Shown here piece after piece: positions 26,111 through 40,000 of a stretch of 64,000 nt of DNA. The stretch is from Cycas panzhihuaensis (lineage: Eukaryota > Plantae > Cycadophyta): assembly GCA_023213395.1 (NCBI GenBank), contig CM041465.1, positions 249,495,741 to 249,559,740 on the forward strand, in the 5' to 3' direction. Each line of letters begins with the position of its first letter. The stretch's first letter is position 1. The position numbers were made by a program, and so were the translations under genes. Under the pieces are notes generated by a model that searched no databases, had not been told where the DNA came from, and saw only the letters and a program-made list of their open reading frames with translations.

Positions 26111-27786
26111 GGTTGAAAAATGGATGCTTCTACATATTGAAAGAATTCCAAGCTGAGAAGTTTACAACAAAAAAAAACTAGGGAGAGAACATCAACCCCA
26201 CCATTCCTTGGATGAGCTCAGAGCAAAGAGAACTTGTAGACTTGGCAGCTTTGAAAGCACAAGTCTACCTGCAAAGTGGGAACATCTAAAACTTGAAGAA
26301 AGCTACTGACCAACTGCAGGCATGGGGTAAATTTAGAGGTTGCTAGGCTCAACAAACCATAAGAGAACTTGCCACATACACCATAGGCAATGGTCGAGCT
26401 TCAGAGGGTAGACAAACACAGACATCCAATTCAAACTGTGGTGGATGGTTACATAGGACTATAGTCCTACTGACCTTGTGAACCAGATAAATGGCAATTC
26501 ACTGTGGGCACCACCAAACTTTGAAGTAGACAGTTGACACCACCTAAAATAAGGCCCACATGCATGGGCCATGCTCCAAAGGCTACTAGACACCAAAAAC
26601 CACATAATATGTAGACTTGAATCTTGAGACCAGAGGCAAAGCCAAGGGCATTCGCCTGAGATACAAAAAATATTGACTGGGTTTCACTCCCCTAACCTTA
26701 GCGAATTGAATGAGCAAGTAGTTGTTACCATACACTGGCAGTCCTCTAAAATACTGACCATAGGCCAAGCATGGAGGTAGTAAGCTAATTGACGTCTGTG
26801 TTGAACTGTTGTCCTTCACATGACTTGGCGTAGACATCCACAAAGTCCTTTTGTTCGTAGTAGTCGTCAATGGAGCCCACGTCTGATATGACCTCCTCAC
26901 AGGGGCACCACTTTAAGCTATGACAGTCATAATAGACTATGTTCAGAGAGAGAACGGTGTGTAGACCCTACATGTCTTCAATGAGAAAATGACAGCTACC
27001 ACATAGCCAATCTTAGAAATGCGAGTTGGAGAGCTAACTCTCACTCCATGTCTTTTGCCCAACAAGAGGGCATCATAACTACAAATGGAAGAAAAGAAGA
27101 ACCCAGGTGTCAAAGACGTCGAAACAGAAGAAAATGGCAAAACCGTAATTGCTAGCAACGAATCCACTTGAAGACATTCTTCACCCTCCACTTTCACTAT
27201 ATTTCACTTTCATTATAAAATGGACTTTATTTTATATAAATAATTATTATAATTTTGTTGGAAAATTTATCAAATGGTCATGACACACACATGCATGTGT
27301 GTGCTTGTGTGCATGCACGCACATGTGCGCTTATGCGACAATGATTAGTAGTAGTGATGCTCCAGTGACATTGATGAAAAAATAAATATTTATACATGTT
27401 TCAATGGCAATGGTGACTAGTGACAATGATGCTTTAGTATATGCAAAATGAAATGTGTCAAATAAATATGGATTTATGTTTCAATGATGATGGTGACCAA
27501 TGGTAGGGATGCTTCAATGGCATTGATAGAACTAACACCAAACCCGATATATAGTAATAATAATGTAGTGTGACAAAATTGGATAGATTCTATCTACGTT
27601 TTGTGCATGGATGCATTGGATGCACTATAAATACAATGAGATTTTATGATATTATAAAAAATGTGAAACATGCTCTTACATAAGCAATATCTACAAGAAC
27701 GACATTTGGTCTACAAGTAACTCGAATGGAGAGATGCGTAATAGCAAATAGTTTGGGAGCCTAGTCACAAAAGAAAGATTCCTGCT

Positions 27787-30700
27787 TGTTATGTATTAAA
27801 GTCACTAAGCTTTAGGTAGTTATTAAATAATATTAATTGGAATATTAGAATAGGTAGTAAGTCATGTTTTGATAGGATGTCTCTTGGAAACATATAAATA
27901 AGCAATGCGCTAAGACACTAAGTATTAGGTATTGTTGTCTTGAAATAATCAATGGCTATTGAAGTCATTTAGCTCCTTGTATTGACATTGATTTGTTATT
28001 GCCTAAGTTTTGAAACAAGCGGTATTAGAGTCCGATTCATCCCAAATGTCCCAATTATCCTTCATTGTTGGTTTCCTAGGACCACATTAACTCTAGCAAC
28101 ATCCATTACACAAAAGTTTTCTATGATAATTATGTCTCCCACATTAAGCTTAATGTTTTATGGTATGCCTTGTTCTGAAATTACCTTTTTGCCTCTAACC
28201 CATTCTTGGAAACGAGGTATCCTTGATGGAAAAAGTCTCAAGTGTTGTTGTAAATTTATTAACAAAATTATTAGTGTTGCCAGGGTCAACTAAAATAATG
28301 ACAAGTTGCTCCTAATTGAATCCTTGTAATTTTAATGTATCTAGATTGATGACACCTATCACAACTAACGAAGACATTTGAGGTATGTCATGTTCCAAGC
28401 TGGGTATCCCCTTTTCAACCAGCTTTAGTTCTGCTTTAGGTTCATCATCACCACTTGTCTCATCGCCCTCGTTTGGGTTCAACTCAATAGTGTAAAGTTG
28501 GTTCTTGTTGCGTTTACACCCTAGGTTCCATTTCTTAGCACATTTGAAACAAACATCCTTTCATTAGAGTTGATCTTGATCTACCTTGCATTATTGAAAT
28601 ACTAGTTGAGTTAGCTTATTAGGTTTGATTGCATGTAGGTTTGCTCAAGCAAATGGAAGAATGCACATGCCTAATTTGGTCCAATGTTGATAGGTGATCT
28701 TGTCCTCATATAAGTGGCCCAACTGCATTGCCTTGTTTATATTTTGGGGATTAGCCATCTTAACATCCATTTAAATTTCCACGTTCAAGCCATCAACACA
28801 TAATTGGATCAACCTGTTAGTAGGGATGTCCTATGCTATGTATGCGAGTCTAGTAAAAACCTCATTATACTTGTCTATTGAATTTGATTGTTTTGATCTT
28901 CTTAACTCATGATAATTATCTTGATTAGTGGTCATTTCAAACATGTCCATGAATAGGGTTACAAATTCTTCCTAGGGCAGTAACTAACCCTGATACTTGG
29001 TTCTATTGAGGCTTTGGCACTGTTTATATGTAATATGGTCCATGTGTAGTGTTGCAAGTTGGACGTGGTTGTCTTGGTCAATCTCCATAATGTGAAAGTA
29101 CTATTCCTATTGTTGAATCCGCACTCTAGATCATGAGACTTTTGCTTAATGTTGAATCATTGAATTGTAATGTTTTCCCACTTTTGTTTTTCTTTTCCAT
29201 CTATATTGACTGAAGTTAGTTGAATCTAATTACCTTTTGTTCTTGTGAGGACAAGCTCTAATAGTTGAGATACTTTTGTATAGGTTTGTTGACTAGATTC
29301 CCCTGGTGGTGTTTTATTTTTTATGAGTGATCTTTGACTTGTTGACGATTCTTATTAGGAGATTTGCTGCTCCTTCATTGTTAGATTCTAGCATGCCCTT
29401 TTTCTTTGTATAGCCCTCTATAATTATAGTCAACTTTTCAAGTGCCTTCTTCAATATGCCTTCCATTAGCTCATCGGTTTCCCTCACTAACTGTTTCACA
29501 ACATAAGCAATAGGCCCCTTTTGTTCTTGTGAGGACAAGCTCTAATAGTTGAGATAGCCCTCTATAATTATAGTCAACGTTTCAAGCGCCTTCTTCAATA
29601 TGCCTTCCATTAGCTCACTGATTTCCCTCACTAACTGTTTCGCAACATAAGCAATAGGCCCCTTTTGTTCTTGTGAGGACAAGCTCTAATAGTTGAGATA
29701 CTTTTGTATAGGTTTGTTGACTAGATTCCCCTGGTGGTGTTTTATTTTTTATGAGTGATCTTTGGCTTGTTGACGATTCTTATTAGGAGATTTGCTGCTC
29801 CTTCATTGTTAGATTCTAGCATGTCCTTTTTCTTTGTATCGCCCTCTCTAATTATAGTCAACCTTTCAAGCGCCTTCTTCAATATGCTTTCCATTAGCTC
29901 GTTGGTTTCCCTCACTCACTGTTTCATAACATAAGCAATAGGCCCCACATGAAGTCCTGATGTCTATTGATTTCTTCTTTGTTCTAGTTTTCGTACTTGG
30001 CTTCCATGATGGTTTCTTGACTTACACAATTAATGATTCAATAGATAGACGAAAAATCAAGGGTAATGCCCTTTGCTATTGAATCACAACCCCTCCAAAC
30101 CTTTTAGTATAGAATGAATTTTTGTGAGTTCTCAAACGATACGTGTACAATTCTCAGATGAAAAGAAAACACAATTCTTAAACGACATAGGTGAACTTCT
30201 TGCCACAATAACCCACTTGTTTCCCACAATCAAAACTTTTACTAACTATTAATCTCATTTGAATGGGAGAATAAAGAACATTCTAATTTAAATATTAAAA
30301 TAGAACCCTAGGAATCAACGAGTATTTGGGTACTTCCCTATATGCTACCCCGCTTTCAAGATTTCATAGGCATCACTTTAGTGGGAGCTTTTGGCTAACA
30401 AGGAGGAATAGTGGCATCAACTATGGAATGAGGGTCAAAAGTGGATGGTGAAGAGTTGTCGTTGACATGCTTGCTTTTCTACTATTCGAACCCTCTGTGT
30501 TGGTTGATTCCATGCTACTAGCCTACCCTTCCATCTACTACGTACTTGTTTGCCTTGGGACCCTCTTGAATCAGAGCCAACTTAGAGGAAAATGGGAGAA
30601 AGTGGAGAATGGCTAAGTAGGAGTCAATTCATGGTTCATGTTTCTATTTGGAAGATCAACATAGAAAATGGGAAGGAAGATAAATGTGAAGTGGATTTAA

Positions 30701-31100
30701 ACCCTAACATGAGGAAGTTCAAAGGAGAGAAGCGTTGAAAAATTGATTCAACCCTTAACATGAGGAAACCATTGGAGGTTTAAAGGGAAGAAAGCAAGTG
30801 CAAAACTAATTAAAACCCTAATATGAGGAAACTAAGATGCAATATGGAGACACAAGTTGTTAGGAGGTCGATGGATTGGATTGAGAGGTGCTAGTGAAGA
30901 AGGAGACTCACAGGTATGGTAGTGTGGGCAAAGCCCAAACTTGCTATGCTAACACTTTTAGCATGAAGCATGGCCATTATGAGTTCAAAGTGGTGCCCTT
31001 TGCTCTTATAAATGCTTTAGCTACATTTCAAGTAGCAATGAATAAGGTGCTAGCCCCATTCCTACAAAAATTTGCCTTACTTTTCTTTGATGATGTATAA
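27787..31100. mobile_element. Rearranged relic of a short-LTR chromovirus-type Gypsy
   Basis: Plus-strand LTR-like 27787-28017 and PBS-like CGGTATTAGAGTC at 28020; minus-strand protease and gag at about 28033-30010 (LVDPGNTNNF..ENFCVMDV..VVLGN), similar to 57130-57600; plus-strand RT fragment GHYEFKVVPF...FFDD at about 30950-31100. Confidence 0.75.
29235..29946. repeat. Tandem triplication with units of 284, 144 and 284 bp
   Basis: Units 29235-29518, 29519-29662 (internally deleted) and 29663-29946 are near-identical. Confidence 0.93.
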
Positions 31101-31668
31101 TGTTCCTAATTGTCAAGTTCACCTATGTATCTCTACTATTGTTTTTGTGGCATCTAGAAAAGGATATCTAGATAATACAACTTGTTTTGGTTGTAGCTTG
31201 TATGTGGTTGTGATAAGCAATAAGCTTATCTATAACCATTCATTGCTAATGATTTTTTTTGATCTCTACTTTGTATCCTAGTAAAAAATGCATAAGCCTC
31301 TTGATTTTGTATTTTATGGTTAATCATGCATATTTCAAGAGTATGACAAAGTGTTTTGAACTCAAGTTGCTTTTTGCCCCTACTTTTCTTTATTATCAAC
31401 AAATAAAGTGTAGTAATAATATGTGGGGTGTTTTTAGTTTTCTTTGAGTAGTCAACTATGGATTATCTATAGGTCAGGTGCTGGGTTAAGGTTTAGGTTA
31501 GATCTGTGAGTCGTGCTCTTTTATAAGGAAACTTGTATAAGTAGCTTCTATTAGGATTTATTGTAACCATCACTTGATTTTAGATTGTATCTTTTCATGG
31601 ATGGATTCTACTTTGTAATAGAATGATCTTTCAATGGTATAATTTTTGTATGGAGCAAAGTTATGTCT

Positions 31669-31905
31669 TTGGATATGTGGATCAATTAGTTTCCTATAAC
31701 ACATCTCTTTTGTATTGGTTCATCATAAGCGAATGATATTGTGTGCTTTTACATGTTTTGGAGATTGCAATTCACATCATTATTCTTGGATATGTGGATC
31801 AATTGGTTTGCTATGACACACCTTTTTTGTATTGGTTTATTGTAAATGGATGATCTTGGCTACTTTTACATGTTTTAGGGATTGTAATTTGCATTAGTGT
31901 TCATG
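31669..31905. repeat. Old 117-bp tandem duplication
   Basis: TTGGATATGTGGATCAATT at 31669 and 31786, with collinear downstream sequence. Confidence 0.8.
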
Positions 31906-33082
31906 GCCTTCATAGAGGGGTTTCGTGCCTAATAGGTAGTATCAATGTAGATGTGGCAATGGTAGAGCATTGCTAAAGGGCTAGATGGCGGTAAGTTTAT
32001 CGACAATTTAAAGAGAGTCAATCATATGGCAAGATTTTAATTATCAAGCATAATAATTTTAGCCATGGCAAACATGTGGGTTGTTAGAAGAGATTTCCAG
32101 TTGGTGGTGGTGGATAAAATCAAAAAAATGGGATTAAAGGAGATTTAAGGAGTCCAACTATCTAACATTGTCTACATTTGATATTTCAAAGTTTATACAA
32201 TTGGTGATAGAGGAGTTGAAGTTGAAAAGATGTATCCTTGCTAGGTAAGGTGTTATGAACCCATTTTTGATTAGTTATATATAATTTGTAGTCGTGAATT
32301 AAGGTTTATGTTATCCACTTTTTGCATTAGTCACCTAGTTGATATTAGGTGAGCTTAGATGCATAGAGATTTGTGTAAAGCTTGTAGGAGAAGCTAAGGT
32401 CAATGTATAGCTTATAAGAGAAGTTAAAGTTAACAAATAGCTTGTAAGAGAAGCTACTAAACAAAGGAAGGTATTATATGTTAAAAATAATATTCATTCT
32501 AATTGTACATATCCTTATATTTTTGTATTTTAGATGTAACTCTATTATGTACCATAGATATTTTTCAGTTCATTGTTATAAACTCTAGTGAGCTCTTTTA
32601 GCAAGTCACACATGATGGATAAATGTCATTCATGCATATTATTGGTTTTTGTATATGTCAACCATACTTCATGCAATGGATTAAGGCAAAATATTTCATT
32701 CTTTGTGTGTGTTGGTATCTTTGAATTTAACATGGTATCAAAGCAAGGTTTTGACTTGTTACGTAAGACCAATTTTTTTGAAGGGATCACTGCATGGAGG
32801 CTTCAAGGAGGGTCTAGGGTAAGATCATTGTGTTAGGCTCATGAAGCAATTGAGTTGTCATTCCCAAGAAAGATTGCTCATCGTCGTTGTGTGTGTGGAA
32901 TGAGTCCACAGTTAGGAGTCAAACGCAGAGATCACAACTTTCGAAATTAGTGAATACTTTGCATTGTCAAAGGTGTATCTGATACATTTTCAAATTTGGT
33001 GAATATCTTGCCTTGGCCAAGCAAGAAGGTAGTTAGCTATGGCATCTTTGGTACATTAGTGAGACATCAAGTCATCTCGCAA

Positions 33083-33605
33083 AAGGCAATTAATTTAGCA
33101 ATTATAACTTTGCTCTTGTTTGTTTTTGAGTGAACTTCCAATGGCCTTGAGTGTCAAATTTGCCTTTCTTAACTATGACTAAGTTTGGGTTTGCTCCTAT
33201 TTGAATGTCTTGCAGTGGGCCCACATTTGTGTTGATAAATCATGCTCCGTGCATCTTTGTGGGCTTCGTTTGAAACAAAGGCACTTGGTCAAGAAAATCC
33301 TTAGGGAGATTTGAAAATTTGAACTAATGTATGTAGAAGGCAGTTACTTTAGTGACTGTAACTTTGCTCTTATTTGTTTTGAACAAATTTCCAAAGGTCC
33401 TGCGGGTCAAATTGGCCTTCCTCACTTGTGTCTAAGTTTGGGTTTGCTCCCATTCTAATATCTTGCAGTGGGTCTACCTTTGTGCTGATAAATTATGCTC
33501 GTTGCATCTGTGTGGGCTTCACTTGGAACAATGGTGCTTGGCCGAGAAAATCCCGGGGGGGATTTCAAGATTTGAACTCATGTATGAATGCAGGTCAACT
33601 TTAGA
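33083..33605. repeat. About 254-bp tandem repeat in the Copia-4 leader
   Basis: TAACTTTGCTCT at 33105 and 33359, with collinear continuation. Confidence 0.85.
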
Positions 33606-34377
33606 GCAACTTTGGAAATTGAACTAGTGTTCACTTGATCATCGATACTTCAATCTTGTAATTTTGGTCTCTAGCTCAAATTTTGAGATATGTTTTCACT
33701 GTAGGAAGTGCACCCATTAGGACTTTGTTTGTCTAAAAAGACTCACCCAACATTGATTCTTTTGAGTTGTCTCCTGTTCATTGTTTCTTTTTCTCTTTGC
33801 TCATAAAACAAGGGTTTGAATCCCTCACTTTTTTGTCATTTACATTTGGAGCAATGTTATAGAGAATCAAAACATTATGTTTTTTTCATCACATCAAAAT
33901 ATAACGGTTGAGCATCCCTCAACAGAGACCTAGATTTGCTCACAGTCAAATGGTTTGAGGAAGAAATTAGGCTTGATGAGATTTTACCTATTCCCAAGGG
34001 CAAGCATTTAGAGTCACTCATCAAATTTTCTTTCCCCATGGTTTCTTTGGAAAAACTCTTTTTAGATTGTAACTTTTCAATAAAAAGATAATAATTTTTG
34101 TGGTGAGGGAAGGACCTCCTTGTTGGCCTTCAAGGAGTTTTGCTCCTCCCTCCCCCCTTTAAGTGTTCTTGAATGGTTTGAATCTTCAATTATTTTCTTT
34201 CAGGTACATTCTGTCTTCCAGCATAAATGGTTGATATTTACTCTTTGTTAGAGCAAGATAAGCTCAATAGTGAGAACTACAACAATTGGAAGATCAAAAT
34301 GGGAAGCATCTTGATTGCAAAGGATGCATGGGGCATAGTAGATGGAATAAAGAAAATCGCATCCAATCTTAAAGAGT

Positions 34378-35299
34378 TGTCGGAAAATGCTAGAATAACT
34401 ATGGCTGCTGATCCAAGAGGATCTACCATATGTCTACAGGAGGCAAAAAATGCTAGGCATTGGCACAACTGAAAGAGATAGGGCCAAATAGTGTCAAACT
34501 AATATGAAATTTTATGGAAAGGAAGAGACACATCCTACTACATGTGTGCAAAAGGTGGGGTTCAAAAAATATCATTTGATTAGATGGCAAGCCTTGTTTT
34601 GCAGAAAATAGCTCCCACGACCAACAGAAAAATAACAAATACATATTATTTTTAAATCAATGAAAATGGGGGCAAATGATATCCAAATGAGCTAAAATTT
34701 TGACGAAGTAAAGGGGACATATGTACCTATACGTGTATCAAATTTGAGCTTAATTGGAGTTTGTTAGCCCTAGGTACCAAGCTGCAATTTTTGGGAATTG
34801 CATGAATGCCACTTGGATAACATACATTCTGGTTGTTGGTGATTGTACTTGCATGAATGCCACTTATTAAACATGCATTTTGGTTTTCTTTCTATAAATT
34901 GAGCCCTCTTGAGCTCATTTACGATGATGGAGACTTGGTTCTTGTGTGTGAGAGACACTTGACTTGGGAGCAACATTGAGGTAGCACTTGAAAGGTTTTG
35001 GAGACCATAGAGGAGGCAAATTTCAGCACTTCAAGCACCCATTTTGGAGAGTGGGAGCTTCATTGAAGGAGTCTTGGGAAGTTGGAAGCCCCTTGTGGTA
35101 TTATTGTATCATTTTTTCATTGTAACTTGCCTATTCTTTGCTAGTTGTTTTTCTCCACCATTAAATGGAGGTTTTTCTAGTTTAATAAAAGTATTATTCT
35201 TTTTACCTTGGAGTAATGACAAGTATGCATGAGTTGGTGTAGAATATTCTTTTATGGGCTCACTCTTTTAATGATGTTATTGAGAATTTTACACTAACA
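34378..35299 (+). mobile_element. Solo-LTR-like insertion (about 920 bp) interrupting Copia-4 gag
   Basis: Gag frame stops at about 34375 and resumes (DFKEKD) at about 35306; insert reads TGTC...TAACA with TATAAAT and AATAAA; TSD not clearly resolved. Confidence 0.65.
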
Positions 35300-36165
35300 C
35301 CTTAGGATTTCAAGGAAAAAGACTGGTAATTGATTCTTTCACCAATCACACTCCACTTTGGGATCAGTTGCAATCACACTTTTGGTCATCGATCACATTC
35401 TTTTGCACATCTTAAAAAAAACAACATCAAATGAAGCTCAGGTCATCCTCCAATCCATGTTTGAATTTAAAAACATGGCCAAAATCATATGCATGAAGGA
35501 AGAACTCTACAACTTAAAGCTAAAAGAAGGAGAAATAGTGATAGACTTCTTGACAATGATAAAATAAACCAGAGAGCAATTTGGAGTTGTTAGTAAGAAG
35601 ATTGGGAACAAAGAAATAGTTCAACTTGCTCTAAACAAACTTCCTAGATCATTTGACAATGTGGCAACTCAACTTACCATCTCAAAAGCAACCAAAACTA
35701 TAACCTTCAAGGAGTTGTGTGGTCTTGTGCTTATCCCAGTAGCTCAAGAATAAGAATATGATGAAGAGACATAATTGGAAGGGGCTTTTGCCTCAAAATT
35801 GGAATTAAAATGCCCTAAGACTGAAGCACCAAAAGAAGAATTCATCATATTAGAAAAAAGAAATTGTTATTACTGTGGAAAACTAGGACATCTCATTAGA
35901 GATTGCAGAAAAAGGAAATTTGATATACAAAAAAAGAAGAGATAGTGAAGTTACATCTTTGAAGAAATAGAAAATGAAGAAAAACCTACATTTGTTGCTA
36001 CCCTCTCCACTAAAGTAATTCCCTTGGATAATTGGTACATTGACTTTAGAGCATCCAAGCACATGATCTCTCAAAGAAACTAGTTTGAAAGTGTGGAAGA
36101 CCACTATGAAAACAATGTAGTAGAGTTAGGAGACAACATCACTCACATTGTCAAAGGGAAAGGGG

Positions 36166-37089
36166 TCCTTCCCATGAGAATGACTAATGGAGAAATCAAG
36201 AAAGTTGGAGATGGCTATTTTGTACCTGGGCTAAGAAAGAATCTTCTCTTAGTCTCTCAAATTACAAAAAGCAGTTTAAAGTTGAATTTGATGATGGCAT
36301 GTGTCTTGTTAGAGACAAAATCTAAAAGTAATTACTAAGGGAAAGGAAGAAAACGACCTTTATAGATTCATGGTCACTCCTATTCTATAAGCATTGGTTG
36401 TGAAAAATCGAAGTTTTATAAATGAAACTTGGCATTCAAGGTATTGGCATTTGTGTTACCAAAATCTAGTTTAGTTGAGAAAACAAAACATGGTAAACAA
36501 TTTGCCTAACATCAAAGAGAATAAAGAGATATGCAAAGGATGCATGCTTGGGAAGTGACATAGGAACAAATTCCCATAAGCCTCATGGAGAGCTGTGAGC
36601 AAATTGGAAATTGTTCATAACAATCTATCCTTCCCATGAGAATGACTAATGGAGAAATCAAGAAAGTTGGAGATGGCCATTTTGTAACTGGGCTAAGAAA
36701 GAATCTTCTCTTAGTCTCTCAAATTACAAAAAGCAGCTTAAAGTTGAATTTGATGATGGCATGTGTCTTGTTAGAGACAAAATCTAAAAGTAATTACTAA
36801 GGGAAAGGAAGAAAACGACCTTTATAGATTCATGGTCACTCCTATTCTATAAGCATTGGTTGTGAAAAATTTAAGTTTTATAAATGAAACTTGGCATTCA
36901 AGGTATTGGCATTTGTGTTACCAAAATCTAGTTTAGTTGAGAAAACAAAACATGGTAAACAGTTTGCCTAACATCAAAGAGAATAAAGAGATATGCAAAG
37001 GATGCATGCTTGGGAAGTGACATAGGAACAAATTCCCATAAGCCTCATGGAGAGTTGTGAGCAAATTGGAAATTGTTCATAACAATCTA
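36166..37089 (+). repeat. Recent 462-bp tandem duplication inside Copia-4 pol
   Basis: 36166-36627 and 36628-37089 differ at about 7 positions and share all stop codons. Confidence 0.95.
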
Positions 37090-40000
37090 TATGGACCTAT
37101 GAAGAACGCATCTCTTGTAGAACCTGAATACTTCATCACACTCATTGATGACTTAACCGTGAACAATTGGGTGTTCTTCCTCAAAAACAAATTTGATGCC
37201 TTAGCATCTTCAATGATTTTAGAACTTACGTAAAAAAAGGAAGTGGAAAAAACATTTAAATTTCTAGAACTGACAATGAAGGGAAATCACCTCCAATGAT
37301 TTCTTCAAATATTGCAAAGCTCATGAGATTAGGAGACAACTGACAACGACTTATACTTCCCAGTCAAATGGAGTGGCTAAATGGAAAAATAGAACAATCA
37401 AAGAAATGGAAAGGAGAATGATAAAAGGAAATGGGATATTGAATATCTTTTGGGTTGATGTTGTTAAGACAATCGTCTACCTTATTAATAGAAGCCTGAC
37501 AAAGGTTATTGAGGAAAAAACTCCAAAAGAAGTCTAGACCATTAGGAAGCCAAATGTCAATCACCTACAGATATTTAGGAGCACAACATTTGTGCACACT
37601 CCAAAAGAGGAAAGAGCCAAGCTTGATGAGAAAAGCATAAAATGCATCTTTCTAGGCTACAATGAAAAATTCAAAGCCTACAGATGTATCAAATCTAAGA
37701 CAAATGAAGTTATCATAAACATGGATATAATATTTGAAGGAAGATCCACCTTGATTGGAAAACCATCAACAATTAGGGAAGAAGGCATCACAAAACTCTC
37801 GTCCATGGTTGTGGAAAAGGAAGTTCAGATTGAAGATCAACCAAATGAAGAAGAGTCTAAAGAGGAAGAAAATTCACAAAGTGACAATGATCTAGAATCA
37901 ATTGAAGATCTACCACAGGGACAAATTCCCAAATGGAATTTATCGAAGGCAAACAAGGTCCCAAAGTCATCTTAGAAACATTGTTGCACTAAGTTGTACA
38001 TTAAGCATAGACAAACCCATATCCTTTAAAGACACTTGAGGGAACAAGACCTAGGATAAGGCCATGGATGAAGAAATCTCAGTTATCCAAAGAAACACCA
38101 CATGCAAATTAACTCAATTTCCAAAAGACAACAAAGTTGGTGGTTGCAAATGGTTATTCAAAACAAAATTCAGACTAGATGGAACAATAGAAAAGCAAAA
38201 GCTAGATTGTTAGCCAAAGGCTTCATTTGGATAGAAGGAATTGATTATGAAGAAACCTTTGCTCTCATGGCCGAATTGATCACCACATGAACCATAATAG
38301 CCTCAGTTGTTTAATTCACCTGGAAAGCTTATTAGATGGATGCCAAAAGTGCATTTCTAAATGGAGACCTTGAAGAAGAAATCTACATGGACCAATTTCC
38401 AAGGTTCATAAAATGTGGAGAAAAGCATCTTATTTGCAAATTAATGAAAGCTCTATATGGCTTAAAATAAAGTTCGTAGAGCATGGTTTGACAAGATTGA
38501 CTAATATCTATAAAAGGATGGCTTTTACAAGTGTGAATTCAATCGAAGTCTACATCAAAGAAAGACATATGGGTCTCATCACTATTATAGTAGTTTATAT
38601 TGATGACCTCCTTATCATTGGAAGTGATGAAGATACTATCTAAAAGGTAAAAGGAAATTTGATGCAATCTTTTGATATGATAGACATAGGGCTATTCCAC
38701 TACTACCTGGGAGTTGAAGTAACTTAAGAAGAAAGAAGACTATTTCTAACTCATACCAAGTATGCGAAAGAACCGCTACTCAAGTTCAAAATGGTTGATT
38801 GCAAGCCGACCCCCACTCCCATGTAAATTGAGTGCAGACTAACAACAAAAGATTAAGGTCCTGTAGTTGATGAAACATTATATAGGAAATTGGTAGGAAG
38901 TTTGATATATCTCACTTGCACTCATCTTGACATTATGTATGCTGTAGAAATTGTGTCAAGATTCATGAATGCTCTACAAGAAGTTTGTTGGAAAATTGCA
39001 AAAGGAATTTTGAGATACATACATGGAACCTTAGACTTTGGACTTGAATACAACAAAAATTAAACCTTTAGGCTTCTCAGCTTTAGTGATTTAGACCGGG
39101 TCAGAGAATGCAATGATAAGAAATCAACGTTTGTTTATTGCTTCAATCATGGATTAGGGATAGTCTCTTGGAGAAGCAAGAAACATTGCTTGGTTGCACC
39201 CTATCCAACGTAAGTTGAATATAAGGTAGCCATTGGGAGCCACCTACTAATTAGTTTGGCTAAGAAAATTTCTGGAAGATCTAAGGCAAACTCAACATTG
39301 TCCCATAGTGATCAACTGTGACAATCAAAGTGTGATCAAACTAGTTAAGAACATGGTCTTTCATACTGGAACTAAACATATTGAAGTTCATAATCACTTC
39401 ATAAGGGAAAAGATTTAGAACAAATAAATAGAATTGATCTATTGTCGTAGCGAAGACCAACATGTACACATCTTCACTAAACCCCTTGGCAAAGATAAGT
39501 TTCAGTTCTTTAGAGAACAAATCCGGGTAAAAACGAAATAAAATAAACATTATGCGGGGGTGTTAGAAATAATGTTCATTCTAATTGTATATCTCCTATT
39601 TCTATATTTTAGGTGTAATTCTGCTATGTACTATAGACATTCTTTAGTTCATCATTATGAACTCCAACTTTGTTAATAAGTCCCACATGTTAGACAAATG
39701 TCATTCATGCATATTAGTGGCTCTTGTATATATGTCAGTCCTACTTCATGCAATGGATTAACGAGAATTATTTCACTCTCTATGTTTGTGTTGGTATCTT
39801 TGAGTTTTAACATTATAAATACCCCATCTATGTATTTACTTGGACTCGTTTTGGATCTTTATTTGGCTTGTAGCCTTTTGGGTAAGTCCTACTCACAGGA
39901 CTAACTATGGAGGCTTCATTCACTGTTGCAGCCATCTTGTAGTATGAATGATTGTTATCTTGTGAATGATTCAGCTATCATCATATTTGAGCATTGTGCA

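Larger units (their letters stand above)
34227..39540 (+). pseudogene. Copia-4 gag-pol pseudogene
   Basis: DKLNSENYNNWKIKM, CYYCGKLGH, WYIDFRASKHM, KLDEKSIKCIFLGY, KARLLAKGF, VYIDDLL, NCDNQS, TKHIEVHNHF. Confidence 0.92.
32479..39812 (+). mobile_element. Full-length decayed Ty1/Copia (Copia-4)
   Basis: LTRs at 32479-32732 and 39561-39812 (TG...CA, strongly diverged); PBS TGGTATCAAAGC at 32733-32744; G-rich PPT at about 39553-39560; perfect TSD TTATA (32474-32478 and 39813-39817). Confidence 0.95.

Noticed and set aside
26110-27200. Possible minus-strand L1 ORF1 (DUF4283-like) remnant, VYGNNYLLIQF
   Set aside because: One weak motif in heavily decayed sequence is not enough to annotate.
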